The notes beneath the pieces were generated by a model, which saw only the letters and a list, made by a program, of their open reading frames with translations, was not told where the DNA came from and did no database searches. Of a stretch of DNA of 64,000 nt, positions 11,546 to 23,573 are shown in pieces. The translations under genes were made by a program, and so were the position numbers. Every line of letters starts with the position of its first letter. Within the stretch, counting starts at the first letter, position 1. The stretch comes from Zootoca vivipara (taxonomy: Eukaryota): NCBI RefSeq assembly GCF_963506605.1, contig NC_083276.1, forward strand, positions 84,754,001 through 84,818,000, given 5' to 3'.

Positions 11546-14500
11546 CTAGGACAGGGCAGCATTTGCTTGTCGATGAGTTCGCAGACAGTTCGTGGAACAG
11601 AAGGAGAAGTCAAGGTAATGGAAGGGAATGCGGCCCAGTAGCGACTCCCCACATAGCCAACAGCGCCTATAGATACGAAAAAGACAGCATGAGCATGGAG
11701 TCATTGTAGTTGGAGGTCATGCCAAAAAGGAACACACCACTCACCCACCTTACCTAGTATTGGTAAGAGTTGTACTGGAGTCTTTTAGTTGGGAAGCAAG
11801 TCTCTTCTCAGCCGCCAGCGCACGCTAAGAAGCAATGCACACATACTGTTAGGAACAACAACAAAGAACTGTTCCCCAGGGTCTATAGCAAGCTTCTTCA
11901 ACATCGGCCCTCCAGATGTTTTGAGACTACAATTCCCATCATCCCTGACCACTGGTCCAGCTAGCTAGGGATGATGTGAGTTGTAGGCCAAAAACTTCTG
12001 GAGGGCTGAGGTTGAGGAAGCCTGGTCTATATGGATAAGTACCTTCATCCCATTGTACAAAATCCTATGTAAAACAAGCGGTTCACTTAGGAGGATGTGC
12101 AAGGATGTTCCAGAGCTGGGTCAAACTATAAAAGGAATCTGCTTGTATGTCACCAAGTCCAGAGTTAGCCACATTTCTTTTATTCACGGGAGCTTATGGA
12201 AACTAAAAACTAAACAGATTTCACCAGAGATATTCCTAACGGGGAGAGTGTAAGTATTTTAGTAAAATGCAGCAGAAATGCCCTATGATATCTAAGTCCA
12301 TCAGAATAACACACACAGTTTACAGAGCAGGAACAGACTGGTTCAGAGTAGCAGGTTCCAAATTCCTTTCTCAAGGCAACTTTGGCTGTATAGCAAAGAC
12401 TCAGGAAGTAGGACAGATCTGTGAGTTATTCTCTATCTCACGAAGCCTTTCTTAAATATAGGTCATGTCCATGGAAAAGAGAGAGATGCCTACCTAGATT
12501 CAGGACATATCCCAGCATGACAACATTAAGTAGATCTTCAAGATCCTCATTACATTCTAAAACAAAAAGCCCATTCTGGTTGTCTTGCACAGATGGGTTC
12601 AGAAATGGCAACAAAAACACACTAAAGTAGACAATGTTGCCTGGTTCAGGAAAAACAGTGTAAGTTGTCTTATCAAGTGTCTTTCTCAGGAGATGCTAGA
12701 ACTAGGATATCCACACCATCAGGGGTGACCCAATATAACCAACTGTCAGGAGAAGGAGAGGAAACAGCACAATCTTTTCTTTACATGAAACCATAGTTTC
12801 TCTCAGACAACATTGGTCAAACGAGCTCTCTGTGATCAGCACAGCAGATGATGCCATGTATCATATCAGGAAGCTTGTAGCACCAGAAGTGATGCCATCA
12901 TCTGTTAAGCCGCCTTTTCTTCCTTGAATCACCTGAGTCTTAGGCTCTCACCTTCTCACGATCACTCAGCAGGGCAAAACACCGTTTCTCATCCTCTTCC
13001 TGCTCAAGCAGCTGCTGTGCCTCCCGTTTCTCTTTCTCACGCTGCTTCCGCTGGGCCTTTTGTGCTTGGCGGCGTTCTGCCTGTCTGGCTTCCATTTCCG
13101 CTGTTAGGGGTCCAGGCACCTGCAATTACACAGTAGATGTGGATTCAGCAGAAAAGAGCCCAGTCCTGGCAGCATGTAGCCAGAAGAGATCCTGAAAGGG
13201 GCTCAAGTCTCCCTTTGTTCTGTTTATGCTGCTGCCCTACTACATCTCTGGATGCAAAATCCCTAGACACCATCGAAATTCATTTCCTTCATATCTCTGT
13301 TCACTCAAATAGCATATTTAGAGCTGGGAGATTTAAACAAAACACAAAAAAATCCTTCATACACATACTCAAACGTATCTTCCACTTAAATTAATGCCTG
13401 CTTGAGTGAGCATTTGATTAAGAGAAATCCAGGATGCCTTTTGCACTGAGTGTGTGATTCCAGAGAGATATGCAAAGTATGGAAGGGCAACTAAGTTACA
13501 AGGTATGGGTGGCAGGGTCTAAAGAGCCCCCTACCCCAAATAGTTGTTATGTGGGAATTAGTGGAAGGAAGAAAAAAAGGACTCTGGAATTCTTCCTATC
13601 AAGCCTCTCCTTCTGAAATTGCAAGCTGTGCAACTCAAAAACTGTCCAAGGTCAGTAACATACAAGAATAGATAAGGAGTTTTCTGTGGGCAGCTGGCTT
13701 GGCCCAGGATGATCAACTTGCACTTGCCTTCTATTTATTCACAAGTGTAAGCATCCACACCGGACACTTTCCAATTCATCATACATGCATCCAGAGCATT
13801 CTTCATACATGCATCCACCCACCTGGGCCCGGTCGTAGTCATATTTCTCAGGCTGTTCACCCCTAAACCTTCGGAATTCATTACGAGTTTGTTTATTGGC
13901 AGAAACACAGTATGGAGGCTGTTCCTGTCTGTCTCTGGGGAGGAAACACAATGTAGCTTTAATAGTCCAGATCTGTGACCTACACCACAGGCTGCCATAT
14001 GTCCGGATTTCCCCAGACATTACTGGGATTTCAAAGACGGAATTGACGTCCGGGGGGAATTTCCGGAAGGCAGCGCTTTGTCCTGGATCTTAGGCAAGTC
14101 AATAGAAAATTCACTTTTTTTGAGGCTTTCGGGGTGCTCTGGTTTTTACTTTTGGAACTATGGCAACCCTAACCACTGTAGAAGATGACACTGCTTGGAA
14201 ATGGAAGCAGCATGTGCCACATCACTTTTGTTGCTTCTACAACTGGGTACTGGAAGTGAGAGAGAAGCCAAAACCATCCCAGGCTATGAACAGATTTGAA
14301 ATTTGTCCCAGAGAGTGGAATGTCCTCCAGCTTCCTATACTTGCATAGGTACTTGGACAAAGTGGCCCTCAAGTGCTCTGGCCCTTTGAGAACAACTAAT
14401 TTTCAATACCTCTGAAAGACCCGGGCTCAGACTTAATGTGTAACTGAGTCAAGGACAGCTGACACTCAAGAGGAGCAGCTTGAATTTCATGGGGCCAGCA

Positions 14501-17500
14501 GTTCTGACTCACAGAGCAGAAAGGCAACTCAAGAACCAAGTCTTAGGACCCTGGGCATCAATATAGTCTTCTCAAGCTGGGCATTACCTAAGGGATGGGT
14601 CAGCCCCCGTCTCCAACAGCAGCCGCACAACTGTACTCCTTCCAGCTGCTGCCGCCACATGCAAAAGGGTCCAGCCACTCTCATCCAGGGGTGAGTTGAG
14701 CAATTGCTGCGGGGTGATACCATTGCAGTCATCTGCTTTATCTGCTGTGCTATTATCTATCCCCAGAAGATGCTGTAGTGCCTTCAGGTCTCCCATCTTA
14801 CACGCTGTGAACAAGGCATCTTGTAACGATGCGCTAAGACCTAGAAGAAGGAAGGAAGAGTCTCACATTAACCATAAAATATCCATGTTACCTATAAGGG
14901 GAAATAGAATGTCAAGTCTTGGTTTTGCTACTCCCTTAACACAGGCTTCCAACCTACAATAATGGCCCAAATGGCAAGTTGCTGTAGAACCCCTTCTTAT
15001 GAATTGGACTGGGGAAGTGCAGATCTTGCTGGTGCTCACACAACCACCCCCAAACTCACCATCATATTTCAGACAATTCTGGGTCTTGGGTGACTCCTCT
15101 GTTCTGGGCAACAAAGCCTTGGGCTCTTTCACACCTCCTGAAGTCTCAGTGGAGGACTCTGCTTCAAAAGAAAGAACACGCAAGGTGTTTCCTGTCCAAT
15201 TCATTTCACCCACCCCTCTCTCCCAACCTGCTCCAAGTGCCACTGACATCATGGCCAATAGGATGCAGCATGAGGAGAGCAGTCCCAGAGAGCCATCACA
15301 GTTTTGTGATGCGGATACTGTTCCACACAAACAGAAAGATAGGAGAACTGTGGTTCCCTTTTTCTGCTTGGGAACAGCTGATCATGGGGTAAAGACAATC
15401 ATTTCTATCCCTCAACAACACTGCTCTGACTCCAAAGCTGCAGCAGCAGCTCCTGCTTTTAACCTTAAGACTAGAGATGGATGCAGTCCAATCCATAAAA
15501 TTGAGATAGTGCTGATTTAGAAGGGTGGTTTAAGACTTCATTTGCTCTCTCTTAAATCTTTGGAACCATCTCAGCTGACACTGACTTCTCTGGGTCTACG
15601 GTGGCTCCTCTTCAGCCACACAAGTCATCCCATGAAAGGCAGGTAGCATAATGAAATTCAGCACACCTATCAGATTTTGCTTTAAAACCCCAGTCCTCAT
15701 GAGGAAAGAAAGCAGAACAAAGATGTGAAAGCACTGCCTCCTAGAAAGTAGAAGAGGGTGGACTCTCTTGCAGCAAGTACAAAACTGATTTCCCCATAAT
15801 GCAATGCCCCCTCCACCACCTCTGTCTACAGGAATCATGTGTGCTCCATTTTATCATGTTGGTTGCCATTCTTCTATTGCACATTTTTAACCTAGAACAG
15901 ATTACCTAACAGAGACAGCGGTGCTTTGATCAGGCAAGATGTTGCCATTTCTGCAAATGCTGGATGCAGTTCGTCCCAGGGGTTTGCTTTAATGGGAATA
16001 TCCAGTGCTTGTACAACTTCCTTCTCAAACGGGACTGTATTTCAGTTTCTGGGTTGTAGCTGCTGGGTTGTAGCTGCTGACTTCCTGTGAACTAAGGTCC
16101 CTCTAGATTATGGCCCAGGGCCCATCATGGCTTTCTTATCCTGGGAGCCTGCATCTTGATAGGAAGCAGCTGCCAAGGACACCAAACTGTGGGGCTCTGG
16201 TCAGTGTCTCTCAAGGCAGGCAAATAACTTAGCCATTCTAGAAAGAGAATGCACCCAGCATCTGTACCTAATAATAGGTCCATTACCTCAGCCACCTACC
16301 CATCAGAGTTTTCGGTTTCTTCCTTCTCTTCTTGCGATTTAATTTTGGTCCCGCTTCAAATTCTCGGAGTTCCAGTGTACTCAGTGTCTGCTCCACCAAC
16401 TCCAGCTGCTGCAGACTTTCCTCTTCCTCCTCCTCCTCTGACTTTGCTGCAGAGACTGTAAGAAAATGGGATAGTGGTTAAGCCTTCTCAGCTTCTGATG
16501 AACAAAGTAGGGATCATTCAATGAACTTGAGGATTGGGGTAAGGAAAGTGATCCAAATCAGCCTATCAGTCCTCCCTCAGCTGAACACTGTTAGATCACA
16601 TCCTACACATTAGCAGCCATCATCGTGATTTCAACATTTTCCTGCCCGCAACCCTCTTTCAAGGACTCTCCATAAAGCCAATTCCTAGTGGAGGCAGAAT
16701 CCCCTGCTTTACTGCTTTCAGCAGCTCATAGTGGTCTTTCCACCCAATAACCTAGGTGATTATGATGGTCAAAAATGAACAAAGCATCTGCAGTGGATAA
16801 AGGATTGCTACAAGGGCAAGTATGGCAAGACTCTCCAACTCACTAGTGTCTTGACTCTGTGAAGATGCTTCATCCAAAGGAAGGACCTTTTTCCAGTTCT
16901 TCCGAGGGGAGGCAATCAAATCTGCCACTGCTGTGTCTTTGCCTGCCAAAAGAATCAGAATGGCGTTTTCTGGGATGGAAATCCTCTTGGTTCCATACTC
17001 TCCACTCCCACTCCTAATGGCAGATTTCTAAATAGACAATTCACAGTGGCCCAATTCCAGCAAGAGCAAAGGAGCTAAAAGAAGCAAACAAGGCCAGAAT
17101 AGAGATATGGGAGGGAAATGACACACTCTACCCCATCCCTGGGCCTCCACATCTCTAGGCAAAAACCAATATTATAGTCAGAAACAGTATACACAAAGAC
17201 TTTGGAGCATCAATTCAAGTACTTGGGTGGGGATCGGGGACAAAAAGCTGTGCTCACCATATACTTGCACACTGCTCAGAACCCCATGCACCCGTTGCAC
17301 CTCGTGGAAGGTGGCTCTCCGGGTGCTGAAAGGAATGCCCCGGATACGGGGATCATCTCGCTGAAGAGGGCCATTTTTGCTGCCAAAAAACCGAGCTCGG
17401 TTGGTGCGAGGGGCACGAAGGAAGATACACTCTGCTCCTTGCAAATGCCCTGTCCAGCTGGCCAACAACTCCTGAATATCCTGCAGGAAAAGACAAGTAT

Positions 17501-20500
17501 AACGGGTAGGCCCATTGTTGTTGCCTTTAGTGCAGCAGAAGTAACCACAATGAAGTCTGAGTTGTATAGGGTCTGAACGTAACAACTGGTCACCTATTTC
17601 CAAGAGATCCCCAGTGCCATTTATACATAAAATACATCATTTCAAATGAGAGAATGCAGAAACAGTCTGAATGATATGGAAGAGCTTCATTTCTCAATAT
17701 GGAATCTGCAGCAAGAAGGGATTACTTAGAGATACCCAGTGCAATGCCTTCCAGATGTGGTTGGACTCCAACTCCCATCAGCCCCAGCCAACAGGGCCAA
17801 TGGTCAAGGATCTTGGGACTCATTATTGGACTGCATCTGGAAAACACCACATTGCCTGCCCTGGTCTACATCATTAGGACTAGAGCGGTCTATCCTCCTC
17901 TTCTATCACTGTTTTGCTGCATAGACTACTGACAAGAACTGGCATAGACTTGCAGTAAAAGTCAACGGCATCTTTCCTTTGTGAAGGCAGAACAGCTGGG
18001 ACAATCTTACTCAAAGAGCAAAGCTCTCAAATAGCTGGCACCTTTCCATTTTGGGTTCAGCCTTGGTTCTACTAGGGTCCGCACTCACCTTGAGCAAGGC
18101 AGCCTCATTGTAGCGCCGCAGTGTGGCCCCAGCTGATTTTGCCATAGACCCTTGAGCATCTCTCACTCCTTGGGCTGTCCCTCGGCGAGCTCGCACTGTA
18201 TACCGATGGAACGTCTTATGCTCCAGCACATCATTTCTGGGAAGAAAGTGATGGTAAGCCTACAGCAAAGACCAACACCCAGGATCATCATCTTGGCATG
18301 AATGTATTCACTAGGAACAAAGTCGGGTTTTATCCATACCAGGAATGTGGAACCTGAGGCCTTCTAGATGTTGCTGGACCCCAACCACCACTGGTCCCAA
18401 CTAGCATGGCCAATGGTCAGGGATGATGGGGGTCTGTAGCCTGACATAATCCAGAAGGCCACAGGCTCCTCACTCTTTTGTAGGCAATATTGAGATGGAT
18501 GGATCAGATGTCTTTGTCCGTGTTAGGCTGAAGTGGCTTCGGAAAGGATGAAGACCTCTTATCTCACATCCTCAAGTTCACAAAATGGGTTGCTTTATAT
18601 TGCATGCATCCATGAAGACCTCAAATTCCTCCAGGGAGGAGGTCCTGGTGAGTCAGTATTGGGTGGGGGCTGTTTTTGCACACACACATTATGTGGTTGT
18701 TTTTGGCTGAATTTGCTTCGCCTCATGATGATTATGCTTTGCCTCCAACTTTAGCCTTCCTGCCTGCTGATAAACTCCTTGAATCCAGGAGATGGAGAAT
18801 CCGTGGCCATGCAGATGGTGTTGGACTACAGCTCCAACAGCCACCTGAGCATTGGCCATGTTGGCTGGGGATGATGGAGTTGGAATCCAACATCGGGAGC
18901 GCCACAGGTTCCTCATCTGATTTGCACCTTGAATGGGGTCCGACAGATTACAGATGTAAAGCACTCTAGCAAACAACATTCCCCACCCACCCAATCTCTC
19001 TCTTACGTGGACTTCCAGGAAAGCGCTCAGTGGAGACCATGAGATGAGCATCAACACTGGCCTGGAAGCACATGTGGGATCATGGTTTATCAGCCTTCTG
19101 ACACAGTCATACTGCTACAGCTCACAAGTTGGCCCACATGATAGACATTCCCCTCTGTGTTCTTACCCCTTAAAGACAGCTCCTGCAAAATGTCCCCCGC
19201 CAGCCATTAGGATCACCCAGGAGGTTCCTGAACTCTGTCTCTGAAGGGATGCCACTAGCTCTTCAGGCTCCTCCACACTGCCCTGGATGGACAAAGGCCC
19301 CCCTTCAGTTAGTGAGAGGTTACTGACTGAGCAATGAGAGCTGCTCTCAGCCTGGCTGTTAAATAGGGATTGGCAGGGTGTTAGCTGGTCCCAAACCAAC
19401 AAAAGGATTTCAATGACTGTTCCCTTGAAAGTTTCGGAAGTGGGGAATATGCTTCTTTCATCCTGCAGAAATTCAGGTTTCTTCTAAGAAAGCATCAGTT
19501 ACAAAGCAGAAATAATATCTGGAAAGCAAAATGGGCTGGCTTGATGTTAAAAATTAACGTGCAGGGGAAAGTCAGTCAGGTGACTAGATGAACTGTGCAG
19601 GACTCAAGAGATAATCCCTCACATTTATGGCAACAAGCCAACACAATTCCAACTGGCTAAAATTATAATATCTGTTTGGGAGGAAGAGATTGCAATTAAA
19701 GCAAGATAGTAGGTGGGAAAATTAAGACCAACCACTCTTATGCTTATTGCAACAGATACTACAGTACTTCCTTTAAAACCTGGCCACAACACTATCCTCA
19801 GGGTGTGTGTGTGGGTGTTCATGAGACACATTTATCATTTGGTGAGAGACAGCTGGTAACTAAAGCAGGAAGAGACCAAAAGCCAGAAAAGGAATGAGGT
19901 CCAGTAGGCTCTTTGCTTTGTTATCCTGTGACATGCCTTCATAGTGTTCAGCACACAGCGATAGACTGAGATGAGCTGGCCTTCGGCATTTCTGAACAGA
20001 ACCCGTGGGGAGCGTGGACATGGAGAGGGGCTCCGATGACTGCCTTCACTGTTGGGGTAAAATGGTGGTTCAGATTCATTGTCCAAGTCAGAGTCACTGG
20101 AATCCGACCCAGAGATGCTGGAGACATCACCTGTGGACCAAGGTAGTAACAGAAAAGAAAATCACACAGCCAGAGGGAAATGCAGAGAATTTTATATCTG
20201 AAACTCCTGACCATGAGGCAGAAAGACAGAGCATTCTCACGCAAAGAAGATACTCTGGACTGGTAAAGCTGGAAAATTCTCTACTTAAGACAGCTCAGGA
20301 CCAGAGCAGGGAAGAAATATATGTGTGGATCTAGACGACTGAGCTCCTTTGGACATACATTTGACTAATGGAGTATGTTGTCATAGCTAGAATCAAACCA
20401 AAGGGGCTAAAGCATTATTATAGTAATGAACTGTGAAATGAACTAGCATCCCACGCTGGATGAGATTGAGTCTAAGGCACCCACCTGAGACTTATTCTAC

Positions 20501-23500
20501 CCAGTCTGTTAATGAATGGCTGTGAAGCTGGATGCTTGGAATCTTTGTCATGAGATAAGGCAAAATGAGGCTCATTAGGACCACCAGAGGTAACAGAGCT
20601 CTTGAGTAGTATTGATAGAATCATAAATTGTAGAGTTCAAAGGGACACCAAGGGTCATCTAGTCCAACCTGCCTCAATGGAGGAATCTCAGCTATTGAAC
20701 CCTAATCATGTGCCTCTCACCTGCTTGAGTCTTCGCCTCAAATTCTTCAGCTGTGAGCATGCGGTGACCCAGGAGCCGCTGCTTTAGGTTGAAACGATGC
20801 CAATCTAGTCGATAATGCTCAGTCTGAACAGAAAAAGAAAGGGACAGCCAACATAGGCCACAGAAGTAACTGTTTGCCATCTATATCTCGGGCTACATAG
20901 GGCAGGCAAAAGCACCTCTTTGCAATGATATTGAAATACCGAGTGCTTAGGTAAGGACATAAAACAGTATCTGCGTCAGTCCAATATGGAAGTTGCATAG
21001 CTATTATTACTATGAGTATAGGAACTACAATTCCCATCATACAAAATCCTATTTTTGTTGTGATTTGGTAGACTTGAAGTTTTAGAAACATAAGAGCAGC
21101 CCTGATAGATAAGGTTCATCTTAATCCAGCATTCTGCTCTCACAGTGGCTAACTAGATACCTATGGGAAGCCTGCAAACAGGTCCTGAGCACAGCACCAC
21201 TCTCACAACACCACTCTCCCCACTTGTGATTCTCAGCAATTGGTATTTAGATATATTGCCTCCGACAGTAGAAGCAGAACATAGCCATTATGACTGGCAG
21301 CCACTAATAGCCTTATTCTCTATGACAGGGGTGGGGATTCTTCAAACCATGGGTCTAATTGGATCCACGAGGCTGTTTTCTTCAACATGCCCACTTCCAA
21401 ACCTTACTTCATATGTGACATGAGATGTAGAGCAGGTAAGCAGATGCTTACAAAAGAACAATTGGGAGCTTAAAGCGAGTGCCTGATTGTCCCTTTGCAA
21501 GGGAGGCTTGCTGACAGTCCTGAGCAGTACTGTTAATGAGCATCTTTGAAGGCATACTTTGACTGACAGCACACCTTAAAAAAGCCTTGCAGCAAGTCCC
21601 TTTGAAGTCCTTTGCGGGTGCAATTTGAATCCAAACTGCACCTGCAAACAGGCAACAAAGAAGTTTGCCACAAACACAGATTAGCTGCCTAGTAGTTACA
21701 GTTTGGTTAAAGAAATTGGCCTGGGGAGGATGGAGGAATTAAGGATCTGGCCTGCAGACTGGATCCAGTTCCCCACCCCAGAGTTTGTCTAATCCTCTTT
21801 AAGGCCAACCAAGCTTGTGGCCCTCACTACATCCCAGGATAAAAAATTGCATCGTTTTAACTATATGAAGAAGTCCTTTTGTCTGCCCTGAATCTTCCAT
21901 CAACCAGCTTTATTAGATGACTCAGAGTTCTAATATTATTTAATAATTTATATTATTATACTTTGACATTCAAAAAAGCAAAAATGCCAAAAGGAAGAGA
22001 GGGGAGAAAGAATGTGTTATATCAATGAGAAACAATTTACGTACAAAATTATCTCTCACTTTTTCATTCAGTACTAAATAAACAAGGGCAATCAACAAGT
22101 TGCAAGCTGTTACTTTTACCGGTAGCTTCCATTTTATATATTAACTGTGGGAGGAATTCAACACTGATTTTTCCGTCAGCGTAAACATTTCAGCTTTGAA
22201 GTCCCAAAGACCTGCTGATAAATAGGACTTCAAACTGCAGTGCATGGGATCAAACTACACAACACTTTGAAACCCTGATGATCAACTGTTTGTTGGGACT
22301 TTAAAGCACCATATCACCAAAGTCATTGTGATTGAAAGTGGAGGTGGCTCTACCCACCTGTCAAATTTGGCCAGTGCAGAGGGTAGGGTAGGTTATTTGG
22401 GGGGGGGAGTTATTGGGTTGTTTTCATTATATGTTGCGTTTTTATATTGTGATTTTATCCTGTGAACCACCCTGAGACTGCGGGTATAGGGCGGTATGCA
22501 AATTTAATTAGTAGTAGTAGTAATAATAATAATAATAGAGATAAGGATCTGGCCCACTGGCCATATCCAGATTCCTGCCCTTGATCTACTGGATACTGTA
22601 TTTCATTTGAGGACAAGACAAATGGATTTTTGCACCATCCTGTTCCCACAGAAAGCATTGTTCAAAAGCATTCAACAACACCCACCTGCTCCTCTCTATT
22701 GTCAAAGGTTTTTGAGCAGGCAGAGCAGAACATCTTGTCTGACACCTCTAAGATCCTATTAGGTTGATCTGGTCCCTTAGTCACTGTAGTGAACAGAATG
22801 AAAATGAACATAATACAGTTATGTATGAAGGAATGTAAATCTTTATTTAACACAACTCAAATGTATAACACCTCATCAAATTCTGACGGGCTTAAGAATG
22901 TGAAAATCCCAATACTGAAGGCTGCAAATCTCAAACATCTCAAAGAATGAAAACAAAAAAAGGAATTGAGAAATATTGTGTGTGAGAGAGTATCACTAAC
23001 ACCTCAATAGGAAGAATCCTGGATGGAATACACAAACAGCCCCAGTGTTTAGTTTAAACATAACTGGTTTTAACTAATTGACAAATATGCAAAATTACTA
23101 AAGTGGCACAGTGATGATGTCATAAAGTGACACACTAACAAACACAAGAGGAAACCATGGTTTCTCATTACATGAATAAGCCACAGAGGGCCTTCAGCTT
23201 CCTCTTTTTGTGGTCATGAGGATAAAATCAGAAGCATCTGATTCCCATTTTAAACTAAAAGTTTTCAAAGATGTTTGAGCTTTGGGAATTGTTGCTTGGT
23301 CACCAAGAACAAGCCAAGATCAAACTGTGGTTTCAGAGCCTTACGTGTTTTCACCAACCATAGTTCTAAACTCATGAGTCACGAACTCCGCAAACCTGGT
23401 GAACAGTAACCCTTGGCCAGAACCCTTTTCCAGATATATTGCCCTTTAAAAGCAGCACCTGGAATGGCCACTGATGTGACGTCTCCTGATGATTCAGTTA

Positions 23501-23573
23501 CAAGGCAAAGTCCATTGATTAAAGCTGCATTCTGAGCTGCGTCAAACACAGACAAGGTCTCAGCAGGCTGCAT
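11546..23573 (-). CDS. ANKZF1: Ankyrin repeat and zinc finger peptidyl-tRNA hydrolase/tRNA endonuclease (Vms1 ortholog), 15 coding exons, about 702 aa
   Basis: Exons 5'->3': 23573-23459 (donor uncertain), 22783-22686, 20823-20721, 20130-19937 (GC donor), 19282-19167, 18236-18089, 17480-17258, 16942-16844, 16455-16300, 15191-15060 (weak acceptor), 14840-14588, 13934-13823, 13119-12952, 11824-11754, 11666-11546. Motifs: C2H2 finger CSACSKTF...[13 protein letters not shown]; VLRF1 domain [27 protein letters not shown] with catalytic Gln, [11 protein letters not shown]; ankyrin repeat [12 protein letters not shown]; VIM region [12 protein letters not shown]; C-terminal CWLCG...FCSTNCL. Confidence 0.93.
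11889..12024. mobile_element. hAT-type MITE
   Basis: Palindromic core ccctccagatgtttt..actacaattccc / gagttgtagg..aaaacttctggaggg; TSD GTCTATAG/GTCTATAT (7 of 8 match). Confidence 0.85.
13989..14171. mobile_element. Non-autonomous DNA transposon (aggctgccata...tatggcaacccta ends)
   Basis: Imperfect terminal inverted repeats with internal tccgg/ccgga subterminal motifs. Confidence 0.5.
18343..18475. mobile_element. Degenerate copy of the same MITE family
   Basis: Core catggccaatggtcagggatgatggg with decayed inverted arms. Other decayed copies lie near 3881-3985, 17740-17870, 18785-18920, 37860-37945, 43515-43650, 52400-52540 and 58705-58820. Confidence 0.65.
18605..18920 (+). pseudogene. Duplicated ABCB6 exon-end/intron fragment inside an ANKZF1 intron
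   Basis: 18605-18657 matches 58504-58556 at 47 of 53 nt without gaps, including the GTGAGT donor. Patchy similarity continues through the downstream intron sequence and MITE. Confidence 0.85.
21090..21930 (-). mobile_element. CR1-like LINE 3' fragment interrupted by an old hAT-like insertion (about 21326-21780)
   Basis: Resembles the reverse-complemented CR1 3' end (ataagagcagccctg...ccagcattctg...cacagtggc...aatcctcttt). The insert is bounded by caggggtgggga / tccccacccca. Confidence 0.55.

Noticed and set aside
12845-12904. Short inverted repeat (cagatgatg...catcatctg) suggesting a C/D snoRNA or pre-miRNA
   Set aside because: No proper RTGATGA C box with terminal CTGA, and the stem is too short for a pre-miRNA.
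14999-15520. 173-aa plus-strand ORF antisense to ANKZF1
   Set aside because: It shadows an ANKZF1 exon and has no independent coding signal.
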